The notes below the pieces were generated by a model. That model searched no databases. It was given only the letters and a program-made list of their open reading frames with translations, and was not told the origin of the DNA. Made by a program: the position numbers and the translations under genes. This document shows positions 38,429 through 52,260 of a stretch of DNA of 64,000 nucleotides, in pieces. Within the stretch, counting starts at the first letter, position 1, and each line of letters begins with the position of its first letter. The stretch comes from Octopus bimaculoides (taxonomy: Eukaryota), in contig NC_068998.1 in NCBI RefSeq assembly GCF_001194135.2, positions 15,612,142-15,676,141 on the forward strand, written 5' to 3'.

Positions 38429-38928
38429 AACACACACACACTGGTTCCATATAATTTGTTCTTTGTTAGTCAATCGGTTAAATATCTAACCAGGTAACTA
38501 ATCGATCGTTTGTTTAACGTGTTGGTTAAACAATCATATATATTAAACAATCAATCGGTTGTTTGTTTGTTAAAATCCTTTCGTCGTTATTCGCGACCTC
38601 ACCAATGACAATTCCTCCTCTCTTCAAGATCTGTCTTCGAGAGAAGACGCATGGAGATAAGCTGAAGCCAAGCTAGCAAGGCGCTGAAAAACATTGCTCT
38701 GCTGTCTAAAAATCAGAATAACCATCCGACAGCTCCACTTCATTAAGGAATACATTACTTCCAGGCTGTTCACTAATTCCATTAATTCGACTGTAAGACG
38801 GCTTACGTAGTGCCAGGCAGGAAAATTAAAATGCACGACGTTGTTGAACATCAAAAAGAGAATATGCACGGAAATCAGCCCAGTACCCCGTCACCCCGTC
38901 CCTCATTAAAAAAAAAAAGACTTAAGGC

Positions 38929-38970
<42 letters not shown>

Positions 38971-39059
38971 TCTTTCAAACGCCGGCAATTCTAGTAGAGT
39001 AGAAAGGGCTGTGTGTGTGTGTGTTTGTGTGCACGAGTGTATGTAGAAGTTATGTTTTT

Positions 39060-39330
39060 GCTAGTGATGATGATAAGGATAATGATGACGGTGACGATGA
39101 TGACAATAATGATGATGATGATGATGATGATGAGGAGGAGGAGGAGGAGGAGAAAAGGGAGAGGAGGAGGAGGAGATGAAGAAGGCGGGGAGAAACAACA
39201 CGAGGAAGTAGAAGACGTCGATGATCATGTAGATGATGATGACGATGATGATGATGATGACGATGATGATGATGATGATGATGACGATGATGATGATGAT
39301 GATGACGGTGATGATGATGATGATGATGAC

Positions 39331-39375
<45 letters not shown>

Positions 39376-39401
39376 GGTGGTGTGGTGATGATGATGATGA
39401 C

Positions 39402-39461
<60 letters not shown>

Positions 39462-39730
39462 GGTGTGNNNNNNNNNNNNNNNNNNNNNNNNNNNNNNNNN
39501 NNNNNNNNNNNNNNNNNNNNNNNNNNNNNNNNNNNNNNNNNNNNNNNNNNNNNNNNNNNNNNNNNNNNNNNNNNNNNNNNNNNNNNNNNNNNNNNNNNNN
39601 NNNNNNNNNNNNNNNNNNNNNNNNNNNNNNNNNNNNNNNNNNNNNNNNNNNNNNNNGACGATGATGATGATGGTGGTGGTGGTGGTGGTGTGGTGATGAT
39701 GATGATGATGACGATGATGATGACGACGAC

Positions 39731-39763
<33 letters not shown>

Positions 39764-39789
39764 GGTGGTGTGGTGATGATGATGATGAC

Positions 39790-39849
<60 letters not shown>

Positions 39850-39858
39850 GGTGTGGTG
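39060..39858. repeat. Compound (GAT)n/(GGT)n/(GAG)n array spanning a gap
   Basis: Recurring (GGT)nGT(GGT)(GAT)n blocks. Confidence 0.9.
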
Positions 39859-40048
39859 ACGATATTTTTCGCGAGCGTATTGAATTATTGCAGAAACCAA
39901 GCTGAAAATACCAACAATAACAAGTTCCACAATAGACAAAAGGAAAAAAAATGGAGATAACAAAAGCAACGGCAGCAGCAGCAGCAGCAACACATTAAAA
40001 GCAACTGTAACAGCAATATTATCGTTACCGACATCAGCAACAATCATA

Positions 40049-40925
40049 CGAAGTGGTATCAAAAGTTTCCCGGACTTGTTATGTTTAGTCAAAACATAAC
40101 TCATTTACCTAAGCTTTAACATGATCTTCTTCGAAATAGTCACCTTGCGCAGCACTACACCGATCCCAGCGTCCCTGTCACTTTTGGAATCCGGCCTGGA
40201 AGTCGTTTTCCGTAAGCGGGTCGAGGACATTCTGCGATTCACTCTGGTTCTCGACAACAGTGTTAGAACGGTGATCTTTGAGCTGCGTTTTCATCTTGGG
40301 GAAGAGATGGAAGCCTACAGGTACTAAATCTGGTGACTAGGGTGGGTGTGGAAGCGATACCATGTTTTTGGCGAGAAACCCACAAGTGAAGAGAGCTGGT
40401 GCTCCACAGATCCGGTCACTTTCGCCGAATATCATCCCTCAAACGCTTCAAAACGTTACAGTAGAACTCTCGATTGACGGTCTGGCCCTTAGGGACGAAT
40501 TCACATTGCACAATACCACGTTTACGTGGGTGACTCACTTGGCAGGTCTTCCAGATTGCTCATCGTCTCTCAGGGACGTTCTTCCGCTTTTGAAGCGCCC
40601 GTGCCACTCGAAACATTGCGTTCGACTCATTGCCCCGTCACCGTAAGCTTGCCGAAACATGCTTTATGTTTCTGTAGCAGACTTCCCAAGTATAACGCAA
40701 AATTTCACGATGGTTCTTTGTTCCTGTCCATGACAGAATCGCAGACCACAGCGTATACATGACCTCAAAAACACGAATTCCACAAGTTGCGAAGTAAACA
40801 CAGCAATGTCACTCGGAATATTGTCTCATGAAGGTCACTGCTAGCTCTCACTGCGCACGCAACCGTGTGCTGCCATCTGTTGGCGCATCGCAGAACTAGT
40901 CTGGGAACTTTTTGATACTACCTCG
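40049..40925 (-). mobile_element. Internally deleted mariner element with both TIRs
   Basis: TA-flanked TIRs CGA(A/G)GT(G/A)GTATCAAAA..; minus-strand peptides AYGDGAMSRTQCFEWHGRFKSGR, EFVPKGQTVNREFY and HPP*SPDLVP..HLFPKMK. Confidence 0.9.
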
Positions 40926-41034
40926 TAACATCATAATCAACAACATCGTTGACAACAATAACAAAAACAAGCATAACAGTTTCAAATGAAAATCATAGCA
41001 TCACCAACAACCATAGCGACAGTAAGAACAACGA

Positions 41035-41475
41035 CATCATCATCATTATCACCGTCATCGTCATCGACATCGTCTTCGTCGTCGTAGTCGTCGTGGTCGT
41101 CGTCCTCGTCCTCCTCGTCCTCGTCCTCGTCGTCCTCGTCCTCCTCGTCCTCGTCCTCCTCCTCCTCGTCCTCCTCGTCCTCGTCCTCCTTCTCGTCCTC
41201 GTCCTCCTCCTCGTCCTCCTCGTCCTCCTCCTTCTCGTCCTCCTCGTCCTCCTCCTCCTCATCGTCATCGTCATCCTCGTCATTGGTCGTCGTCGGTGTC
41301 GTTGTCGTCGTCATTGTCGTCGTCATCATGGTCNNNNNNNNNNNNNNNNNNNNNNNNNNNNNNNNNNNNNNNNNNNNNNNNNNNNNNNNNNNNNNNNNNN
41401 NNNNNNNNNNNNNNNNNNNNNNNNNNNNNNNNNNNCACCACCACCACCAACAACAACAACAACAACAACAACAAC
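41035..41475. repeat. (CGT/CCT)n and (CAA)n trinucleotide arrays spanning a gap
   Basis: Source of the apparent poly-Asp/Glu and poly-Leu/Val ORFs. Confidence 0.9.
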
Positions 41476-41636
41476 GTTCATGGCAACAAAAGAAACGAAA
41501 TATTTCCACATGAAAATCCAATATATATCCTGGAGACATCATATGGAAATATAATTGGTTATGTTGATATATCATGTGATAATGGTATTGTTGTTATTGT
41601 TGATGTTGCTGTTGCTGCTGCTGCTGTTGCTGATGG

Positions 41637-41668
<32 letters not shown>

Positions 41669-41904
41669 ATGAGGCTGACAAGGACGTCATATCTACATAT
41701 ATGTATATACGTATGCACACACACAAACACACACACACACACACACACGTTTATACACACGCATGCATATATGTATATATTTACATACAAGCATAATATA
41801 GCACGGGGATGGAGGATATCGGGCTTTAAATAGATCACATTTGTTTCTTTATAGTTACTATATATTTGTTTCTGTCATTTGACTACGGCCATGCTGGAGC
41901 ACTG

Positions 41905-41946
<42 letters not shown>

Positions 41947-42463
41947 TAATAAAGGAGTTACGACGCAAAAACGTATAAATTCAAAAGAACATATTTATCT
42001 TCTTCAATATATATTTCAGTATAAAGAATTCATTAAGATGCTTAAATCAAAATTTCTTTATACATCATTCAGGAACAGATATAACATCAGAAAAAATACA
42101 TTCCGTTTAAAAACACAAACCGTTCATGGCGAAAACATGATGATTTTTTAAGTTAGCTTACCAATTATTGTTGGTAGTTAATTTATAATATATTGTTATA
42201 TATATATATATATATATATATTCTTGTACTTGTTTCAGTCATTTGATTGCTTCCATGCTGGAGTACCGTCTTCAGTCGAACAAATCGACACCAGGACTTA
42301 CTCCTTGTAAGCCTAGGACTTATTCTATCGGTTTGTTATTACCGAATTGCTAGTTACGGGAACGTAAACAAACCAGCATCGGTTGTCAAGCGATGGTGGT
42401 GGTGGTGGTGGGGGAAACACACACACACTCATATACATATACACACACATATATATATATATA

Positions 42464-43640
42464 CATGGTCTGATCAATAAATATCCGAACTGTTGCCATA
42501 GTAACGAAGCTAAAGCACGCAGAGTGAAGTCGCTTGGCACAGTTTAACCCTGAACCTTGCTGAGCATGTGCACTAAATTTTAATTTTCTAGCTCACTTCC
42601 TCTGTTTACAGCAGCCCTTGGAAGGAACTTGTGTAGCATGTCATCGTTGCATTGACCATGACAGGGAAAGTTGAGCAGAGAATCTGCATCAAATTTTGTC
42701 AAAAGTTGGGCGATACTTGCTCAGAGGCCTACGCAATGTTTTCAGTAAGTTTTCATAGTTCTCGATACAATCAAGGGGATTTTGTGCATGTTGTATAGTG
42801 AAGCTGTATACCCCCCCCCCCCCGGTAAAAAGTGGTAGTAAGCAGCCATTATAAATAGACCAGTAGCCGGTCGTCAAGAGAGGGTCAGGAATCGACAGTT
42901 CTAGTCGGTGTCTTGTGGAGCGGTAGTAAGACACAAGAAATTAGTGTATCATTATTCCGGTACGAAGAGATACAACGGTATCCGATAACTAGTAAGTATT
43001 GTGGCTACTGGCGTAAAACAGCAACTACAGTACAACGGCAGTCATACTTCACATTAGTGAGAGGAACCCTCTTTATAACAGTGCAACTGAAACCCGAGTG
43101 TCATTTTGGTCGGCTGAAAGCAGTTTTGGCACGCGTCTCATACCCAAATCTTCAGTGATAATGGACTGAACTGAACCGTAACTAATCTGCACATCCTGTC
43201 ATAACTCACGAATGATGATTCGACGATTTCCTCTCACAGTTGCTCACACATCTGCGATGTTTTTCTCAGTTCTGCTGGTTGTGGGTCTCCCAGAACGTTC
43301 GTCAATAACGATATTTTTTCAGCCATCTTGGAAACGTCTAAACTACTCGTACACTTGTGTGTGGTTCATACACTCCTCTCCATACACTTTCTGCAACTTT
43401 GTGCAGGCCTCTGGGCAGGTATCGCTATGACAACTTTCTGTGTCATGGTCAATACAACGATCAAACGCTATACACGTTCCTTCCAAGCACTGCTGTAAAC
43501 AGCGGAAGTGAGGTAGAACATTAAAACTTAGTGCGCATGCACAGCAGAGGTCAAAGTCAATCTTTGTCAAGCGGCCTCACTCTGCGTGCTTTAGCTTCGT
43601 TATTATGGCAACAGTCCGGATACTTATTGATCAGACCTCG
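42464..43640. mobile_element. Complete foldback mariner derivative made of two left ends
   Basis: TA-flanked. 42464-~42740 (+; TIR and MTGKVEQRICIKFCQKLGDTCSEAYAM) is inverted relative to 43640-~42740 (-; TIR and DNA-binding region). Confidence 0.88.
42789..43080. mobile_element. Solo LTR (292 bp) nested in the foldback mariner
   Basis: TGTTGTATA...TTATAACA termini, 5-bp TSD GTGCA (42784-88 and 43081-85), TATAAATA at 42850. Confidence 0.8.
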
Positions 43641-44761
43641 TACATTCATATATATGTGCGTATGAGTCTGTGTGTGTCTGCGTGTGTTTGCATATAGATC
43701 TAAATGTGTGATTGTTCGTTAGTCTAACAATCCACTATTTATTGTGGGTTCTCTGTTTCATAACAATCATTTCTCCCAGGGAAAGAATATTTCACGTGAG
43801 ATCACACGAAGTAAGCTAAAACCAGCAGTCACAACAGATACCATTCCATTATCAGTTAAGACTTGGAAGCAATGTAATAAATTAACAATACGTTCTTTTG
43901 TCATAGCTTCACCATTTCTACAGACGTCTGAGCTGGATCGACACTTCTGGCGATGCTGAGAACAACCGCTTATATTCTTATTTTTTCATACACCAGTTGT
44001 ACAAATATTTGCTGTTTTCACAGCTGATCATACATTTCCATATATACACGCACGCACGCACGCACGCACGCACGCATGTCTGTATATATCTATAAGCATA
44101 TATACATATGTTTATAAGTATGCGTGCGTGCGTGCACATGTGTGCATATATAATTACACTTACTGACACAGTCATATTACATACGTGTGAGTGTATGTAT
44201 GTATGTATGTATGTATGTATGGATGGATGGATGTATGTTTGCATGCATGTACGTATAGCCTTGTTTATCATCAATTCATTCATCACTGATCCGGTGTAAC
44301 ACAGTACGCTCAAATGTGAAACATGTTGCGCTTATCACGGATTGACTTGTGATAACACGGATCAACGATTAGTTGAAAATTCTGTTTGTATCGCACCCCA
44401 GCAACTATCCATAATGTACAGCATCTCTGAACGCATTGAGCATTGCTTGCGTTTACATGAGCATGCTGATAAAATTTTTTTTATGTATTCAAGCCCATCA
44501 TAACGGACCAATGAAAAGAAAAATTACGAAGGAACCTGATCCTAAACAAACGTCGCAGGTAAGTGTATTCTCTACAGTAAAAAGTAGAAATGATCAAGAA
44601 AATACGTGAATGGAAGCTTCGTTGCTGTTGGGCCGCAGGTTTGGTGTCGTTGAATCTACCATTCAATCCATTTACAACGTGTTGAGTTAATTCATTTATC
44701 ACTGTTTTTTTTCGAACCATCGCTTCATGTTACACACACGCGCGAGTGCACTCACACACAT

Positions 44762-44811
<50 letters not shown>

Positions 44812-44833
44812 ACACGCACGCGCACACACACAC

Positions 44834-45048
44834 ACGAGGGGGTGTTGAAAAGTTCTTGGCTACGAGTAAAAGAAACTACAAGAGGATTAGTTAATTATGA
44901 TTTTATTCAACATACTTCCCTCATACTCACACACTTATTGCAGCTATCCTTCATATTTTTTTATGCCCTATAAAAGAAGTCGGAAGATTGGGCCTCCAGC
45001 CAGGCGTTTCGCGTCATCCCTAAAACCAGGAACTTTTCAAGCACACTC
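44834..45048. mobile_element. Mariner-type MITE
   Basis: Imperfect TIRs CGAGGGGGTGTTGAAAAGTTCTTGG / CCAGGAACTTTTCAAGCACACTCA. Confidence 0.7.
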
Positions 45049-45149
45049 ATATATATATATATTGTTCCTTGTTAATACATACATGCATACATACATACAT
45101 ACATACATACATACGTACGTATGTATGTGTGTATGTATGTATGTATGTG

Positions 45150-45815
45150 TCATTATTCAGTTTTATTTCAAAATTTCTTCCCAATAGAGAAAGAGTCGGT
45201 TTCTAACCTATATCCAAGGCTTCTTCATTGGAATTTGAGCAACATTAACAGGGTATTTTTGTATGTAAGTATGCATGCAGGCATGTATGTATGTATGTAT
45301 GTATGTATGTATGCATGTATGTATGTATCTTCTATTTTTTTAATTATTATAAATCTTCCACTGAGGAGGGAGCCGGTTTCCAACAAAGCTACAAGGCTCC
45401 ATCTTTGGGATGTAGTTAACAGACAAATTCACATTTGGAACTTGAGAAAGTCTTGCATATTTTTACTGTTCCACTCACAAATTGCACTTGTAATGTACGA
45501 ATTAGCCAGTCGATTTCTCTTTCTGAAAATCCCAGTTCATCCAGATTCTCCTTTAAGCATTTACTAACAAAGCCTATTGCTCCAATGATTATCGGTTTGA
45601 ATACGAATTCGTGGTCTGGATATACAAGCTGGAGGTTTTGAAGTTGTTGTCCATAAATATCCTCTTTTTCTTTGATTTTCAAAGAGGCATTTATATCTGT
45701 TGGGCAACTGACCTCTATGATGGTACATACCTTTGCCCCTCTGTTCCAAACAACAATATCCGGCCTATGTTTACATTTGACAGAAGTTTTGATGGGAATA
45801 TTCCACCAGTATTCC
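45150..45815 (-). mobile_element. RLE non-LTR retrotransposon 3' fragment plus a second 3'-terminal copy
   Basis: YWWNIPIKTSVKCKHRPDIVVWNR..CTIIEVSCPTDINASLKIKEKEDIYG..PIIIGAIGFVSKCL..SGTVKICKTF (PD..E..P..K RLE motif, with frameshifts). Related 3' ends at ~45345-45415 and ~45150-45255. Confidence 0.8.
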
Positions 45816-48129
45816 TTGAGTTGGTGTTTTTGTCTGTCTGTCTGTATGTATGAATGACTGTATGCATGTATGTGCGTGTGTGTTGTTTGTTGTGTAGTGA
45901 TTTTGGTGGTGGTGTGTATGTGTGTGACTCCATTGCTGCAATCTAAGTTAAGAAACAGCGATGTATTGTTTTATGTTTGTATTAAGCGTAGATTTTCCAC
46001 TTGGTGGTGGGGAAAAGCTTTCTAAAGAATAAAAAGGCTAGAAGGAAAAAGATGGGTGAAGAGGTAGAGTTTGTAATAGATCTAAAGGATAAGGTATTCC
46101 TATATATAGGTTTCTTCTTACAAGGCTCCGATGTTAAAGAAAGGAATACAGTTGTTACAATCAGCTCTAATGTATTAATAGTATTTGTACGATCTAACGA
46201 GTTAACCATTATGCACTCCCTCGATCTGATAAAAATAGTTGCTAAGTCAGTCTTGAAATTAAACAAAAAAATGACAAAAAGAACCAAAGATAAAAAAAAA
46301 ACAGATCAATTTTCGTCATGAGGTCTTAGATATACTATGTATGTAAAAAAAAGACGAAACGTTCACGAAGGGCCGAGATTAAGACCCTAAGTATTTAAAA
46401 GATTTTGGTTCCTCCAAATATATATAAGATTGAAGGTATAAACAATAATAAACAATAAAATAAATTTTTATTTCTCAAAATGGAACAGAAAGATGGAAAA
46501 AATGATTTTTAAAATTTTTACACCATGAACACTTCGAAATTATATTTTCAATCATTTAAACAACTTCGAATATAATTTTAGCAAGTTTAAAGTGATTTCT
46601 TTTGTGCCGTAAATCATTTACCATTTCTGTGGTTCCTCCTTCGCTTGATGCCCTAACCGCGTACTTATTTTGGTTAATGGTTAATCAAGCGCTGATCTAA
46701 ACTTGTATACGCATACCTAGTCATGACTTTTTTGAAGAAAACTGTCCATGCATGCAAGCTTATTCTCTCCATTCTAACGATGTTTATCCAAGAGGAAGGT
46801 CACAAACGTAACAGTAATAATGCCTGGTACAAGAACGTCACAAGCATTATTACTGTCACAACGCAAAGACATTTCGTCCAACCATTGAACGGTTCCACCA
46901 ATTCTGGCTTGATTTTTTTTTTTTATATCGACCGCGAAAGAACGAAAAGCAAAGTTGACCTCGGAGAGGTTTGAACTCAACGCAGAGAATCGGATCAAAT
47001 ACCGAGAAGCCTGGTTTGATACCTTTTTTACCGACCGCAAAAGAATGAAAGGCAAAGCTGATCTAGATGAGATTTGAAATCGGAATGCAAGAGACTCGGA
47101 ACAAATACCGGGAGGTAGTCATTCCAATGCTACTGCTGCAAATACGCCGCTGCAGTAACTGCAAGGCCATAAATCTAAGTGACGGGAAGAGTATTGTCGA
47201 CTGGTTCTACTCTTCCTATTACTCCCAAACTGATACTATTAGCAAAAACAAAAAAAAAAAATTGATCAATTGTTTCTGTACCAACTCTTCTCCCAACACC
47301 ATTCACGCGAAAGTTCAAACTGAAAATTTACGTAATATTTGCAGTTTTAAAGCTGAGAGTGGAACTTCCTCAGACCTGCATCAAAGGTGCGGCTCTTATA
47401 TTATGCGTCTGCCAGAATTTGTGTTTTGCTTATTTCGGGAGGAAATAAAGATGAAAATGTAAATAGATTGTGAGAAAATGGACAGGGCAACTAAAGTGTC
47501 AATACCAAAGTAGATAAAAGTATGGTTAGGGGATTAAAATGCAGTAGAAAAGGAAGAAAATGAGAGAAGAAAAAGGATGAATAAGTAGGAGGAGGAGGTG
47601 GAGGAGGAGGAGGAGAATAAAAAGAAGAATAAAAAGGAGAACAAGAACAAGAAGTAGAAGAAAAAGGGGGAAGAAGAGGGAGAAAAGGAAAGAAGGAAGA
47701 AGGAAAAGAAGAAAGAGGAAGCGAACGCGAAAGCGAAAGCAAAGAGTTGGAAGGAAGAAGAGGGGGTAATGTGGACAATAACGAGTGAACCCACAGTCGC
47801 CAGTTTGAAATTACAATGGACAAATGAAAAGTTATTTTGGTATAAGACTAGTGATAAAAAGAAAGAAAATAAAGAGAAAAGGGAGATAGTAGAGAAGAAA
47901 ATGATAAGAAGAAAATGATAACAATTCTACTTCTATTAATAATAGTAATAAAGATAATAATACTAATAATAAAAATGATAACAACAACAACAATAATAAT
48001 GTTTTCTTTATTAATCACTAAAGGTTCACAAAGAAAAATACGAACATTGGAGACGGTACAATATAATACAATGTGCGGTAACATAAAATGGAGCGTGTAA
48101 ACAGTGAAAATGATAAAGTAAATTTTAAC

Positions 48130-48725
48130 AATGATAAATTCCCAAAGAGGGAGACTTCCCGGGGTTGCTTGCGGAAACTCCTCAAAACCACAGAGGCTCT
48201 GACTACTAGGGCGAGTGTCTTCTCCTAATCGTCGATAGATGCATGCTTAGAGTAGGCCCGATCACTCGGGCCATTCTGCTACATTCACCCACCTTTAAAC
48301 AAAATTGCTGGGAGGCAACATTTCCCTCTCTACCTTCTCATTCCTTTTCAAGTGAAACTTGAAAAATTTGATGAGAGCTTGGCCAGTGTGGAAATTATCT
48401 GCCTCCAGACCCCTCAATCTGGTCCTCCACATAACCTCTTTCGCTAAGGCCATCAGACAAAGAAACACTGCCTGCCCTTCCTGGCCAAAGGCAAGTGGCG
48501 GGACGATTTTCACAAATCCGTCCTACACATGATCTGGATCCGTCCTGCACATGACAGCATAAACCAACAGGTCGGCAATGCTCGGGCACTGGACGAGAGT
48601 GGACAGAACAGTTTCGTCGCTCTGAACAGTACAGTTTTCATCAGCCCGGCTGACAGCACTTCCATGCTTGTAGAGTTTATCCCGAATTTGAGACTTGCGC
48701 AATGTGATTGTATAAAGCATGCATG
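48130..48725 (-). mobile_element. L1/Tx1-clade LINE ORF2 C-terminal fragment
   Basis: IRDKLYKHGSAVSRA..QSDETVLSTLVQCPSI (degenerate zf-RVT) then KIVPP..LMALAKEVMWRTRLRG..FFKFHLKR..VER. Confidence 0.65.
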
Positions 48726-48984
48726 AGCAATGTGCGACCCTCGACATGTTGTTGTGCGGCCCTCGATGAGTTTCTAGGTTACTAATTTCATACTAAAACA
48801 AATAAAATTTCAAACTAAGACAAATAAACTTTCATACTAAGACAAATAAAATTAAGAACTGCAAAAAATTCAGTGTAAAGGGGTTAAGTCATATTTCATG
48901 CATATGTATTCTATCATGCGGCCCTCTCCCACTTGGAAATGGTACGATGCGTCCACCAGTTGAGGAAAAGTTGCCCATCCCTGG
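48725..48984. mobile_element. hAT-type MITE, right end
   Basis: Subterminal GCGGCCCTC motifs and terminal AAGTTGCCCATCCCTG. Confidence 0.5.
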
Positions 48985-51929
48985 GCTTTATACAATAAAG
49001 CAAATACACGAAGTTTGTCTAACTTGTGCTAAATGCATGGAATTTGTCTGACTTGTGTTGTCGAGTAGAAATACCGCATCAACGTCTTGCATAGTGATAC
49101 AGTTTAAGTAAATAAACAGTGCCTGCTTTGAAGCGGTTGACGTAAATATATGCTGAATGTTATCTCGCACTAAGATTTGACCTCAATCGACGCGATTGCT
49201 GTGGCCGCGCGCAGGCTACCCAATGCACCACAACCGTGAAGTGGTTAAAAGGGACACAATGTCAATAAGTTATGTTAAAACTACACATTGACAGTGAAGC
49301 CTGGCTAAGAGTCACATTCTATTGGTAGAATATATTTAAAAATAGAACATAAATCTGGTAATTTTAAAGTAAAAATACAGCAAAATCAAATAAATCTCAT
49401 TCTTAGAAGTAGTAGTAGTAGTAGTAGAAGTAGTAGTAGTAGTAGTAGTAGTGATGGTAGTGGTAGTAGCAGTTGAGTGGAATTTTATTGAGATTTAGCT
49501 TCTATTTCCAGCAGGTCGAAATGACTGTTTACAACAGTGGTGCTCAACCTCTTTTGTTTTGTGGTGCCCCCTTTTAACTAGTTGTTATGCCTCGCACCCA
49601 CCTAAGAGGCGAGCGAAGCATCACGATTAAACTAACTTAACATGGATGAAAATTTATAAATTTTACTAAAATGGAGATCACGATATACGAAGGAAACAAG
49701 AAAGACTGCGCGCCCATATTGAGAAATTTTAGCTTACAGGGTCATTCATTCTCGATTTCCAATGTAGGCTATGGTTTTTTTAATTTTGAGGGAGAGAAGG
49801 ATAGAGGGGAAAGAGAAATGTATGCGTGTGTAAGAAAGGAAGAGAAAGAACGAAAGAGAGAGAGAGAGAGAGAGAAGGAGAGAGAGAGAAGGAGAGAGAG
49901 AGATGTGGAGTAAAAGAGATGGGATGATACACAAACTCCGCAAATTAAGACTCGAGAAAAAAAAATTAGCGTTAAAAGAATGCATATCGTTTATCTAAAG
50001 GTATTTATGACTTCACTTAAGCATCGTTTTTGAATTTCGTATTTGGCTCTCACTAATGAGACAGCAGAATGGAGTATTAATAGTAATTCAATGCGTTCTA
50101 TGAAGAAAAGAAAAGAAAAACAATATTACCATCATCATGAAGTTCTTTGATTTCATATTAAAGTGGTCGGAGGCAATTTATGAATCAAATGAAATATAAG
50201 AATATAAAAAAAAATAATGATCTTTTCTGCTGAAATTTATCAAATAGATACGCAATTAGGTGTGATTAGTTGGTTTAGTCGTCCTTTAAAAGGAAGTTAT
50301 TTTGTTAAATCTGCAAACTATTTCCTCAAGAATTTTAAAGATTTTTTCCATATTAGCTCATTAACTGGATTCAATGATTTGTGAAAGACTGATGCAAAAA
50401 TTTTATTTCTTTTTTTTTGTTTCACATGAAAACATAATGAAAAAAAAGAAAAAAAGAAAATCAATTTATGCGTAATAAATCGCTTTGGCATGGCAAGATG
50501 AATTCAAAAGCAGAATTTAGAAGATGGCTTCGTAGACAAGTTCGTGATATTTTCTAATATGCTCTCAAAAGAAGAAAATATCATACGTGATATGAAGTGT
50601 CTTTGTTATTCGGCTGATTAACAGTCTCGCATTACACACGATTACCATTGGCCTCACAGATATATGGTGTGTCTTTTCTTTGCTTCTTCTATTACTACTC
50701 CAACTGTCTCTTCCTTTCTGAACTAACAAACCCATTACACACACAAACACACACACACACACACACAATTAAGGATAAAATCAATTAATTATCTTATCAG
50801 TGGCCAGCTTGTAATGAAAACCATATAGGTAAAAATTAATATAGATATATAATTATATAATAATGAAAAAATAAATGCGCCCTTGTAAAGCCTAGCCAGA
50901 CTCATGGGCCCGGTTTCCCGGTTTCAATGGCGTATGTGTTCCCCAGCTGGAGAGGACGCCAGTCCATAGCAGCGTTACTCATTTTTGCCAGCTGAGTGGA
51001 CTGGAGCAACGTGAAATGAAGTGTTTTGCTCAAGAACACAACGCGTCGCCCGGTCCAGGAATCGAAACCACAATCTTACGATCATGATGCTGACACACTA
51101 ACCACTAAACCACGCGCCTTCACTATAATTATATAATTATAATTAAGGGTACTGTGATTTTTAGAGTCTTTTGACGTCTATCTCTAGCTGTTTCTCAGTT
51201 CTCTTATATATATANNNNNNNNNNNNNNNNNNNNNNNNNNNNNNNNNNNNNNNNNNNNNNNNNNNNNNNNNNNNNNNNNNNNNNNNNNNNNNNNNNNNNN
51301 NNNNNNNNNNNNNNNNNNNNNNNNNNNNNNNNNNNNNNNNNNNNNNNNNNNNNNNNNNNNNNNNNNNNNNNNNNNNNNNNNNNNNNNNNNNNNNNNNNNN
51401 NNNNNNNNNATATATATGTATATATATATATATTCGTGTAACGCGATATTTAGAACGTTCCAAGCAGGAAAATCTTTCATTGCGATAAATGTCTCAAAAA
51501 AAAAAAAAAAAAAACTTTCCTTCTAGACGACAAGGTGTACGCACACATTGGGCTGTGAACAAATCGTTCTTTTTGAGTTGGGAAATGTAGATTTGCTATT
51601 CGTTGCTGGTGAAGCATAACAACGCAGAAACGTATGCATTCTACAATCCAATGACGTCATTCAAAGCTCAATGTGTTTTTATACATGTCGTCTAGGAGAA
51701 GAATTTTTAGGAGAAGAATATTTCTTTAGCGGAAGGCCTTCGCATGTCCGAGTGTACTCGAACGTATTAAATATGCTTTTTACCCGAACATATTTTATTC
51801 AACAAGGAAGAGGAAAAAGTGAGAATCTTGTAAGTATGTCGGATACGTTACGTAACTGGTCGAGGACTGGGATGGTATTCTCAATCTAGTCTCCTCAGGA
51901 ACGACTCGTATCTATCTTCTATTTTATCA

Positions 51930-52260
51930 ACATCCACCGTCACAAAAAAGCAGAGTCCCAGTCAGATACCACCCACTTGTTTTTGACACTGGAGGGGGAA
52001 AAAGCCTAGGTGCCACATATGTGATGTCGCCAACTTCTTAAGTGCTTTCTGTCCATAACATAAAGCGAAAGAAGGAACCCCACACTAAATGCTGCAAACC
52101 TCACATACTGCACCGGTAAAAACAGCATAACAACAAGCTGCTACAAAAGCTGCAGCACTAAGAGCAGCTGCACCAAAAAGAGCAACAGAAACCGCTCCCC
52201 ACCAAAAATAAATAAAATATCAGCGACAGAAACCGACTTCACAATCGAGAAGACGTTTCA
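51930..52260 (+). mobile_element. Possible decayed LINE ORF1 with zinc-knuckle remnant
   Basis: LFLTLEGEKPRCHICDVANFLSAFCP (C-x2-C-x4-[H>F]-x4-C, one frameshift) followed by an Ala/Thr/Lys-rich tract with stops. Confidence 0.3.

Noticed and set aside
39013-41575. Poly-Asp/Glu/His ORFs
   Set aside because: Trinucleotide arrays open in several frames with no splice support.
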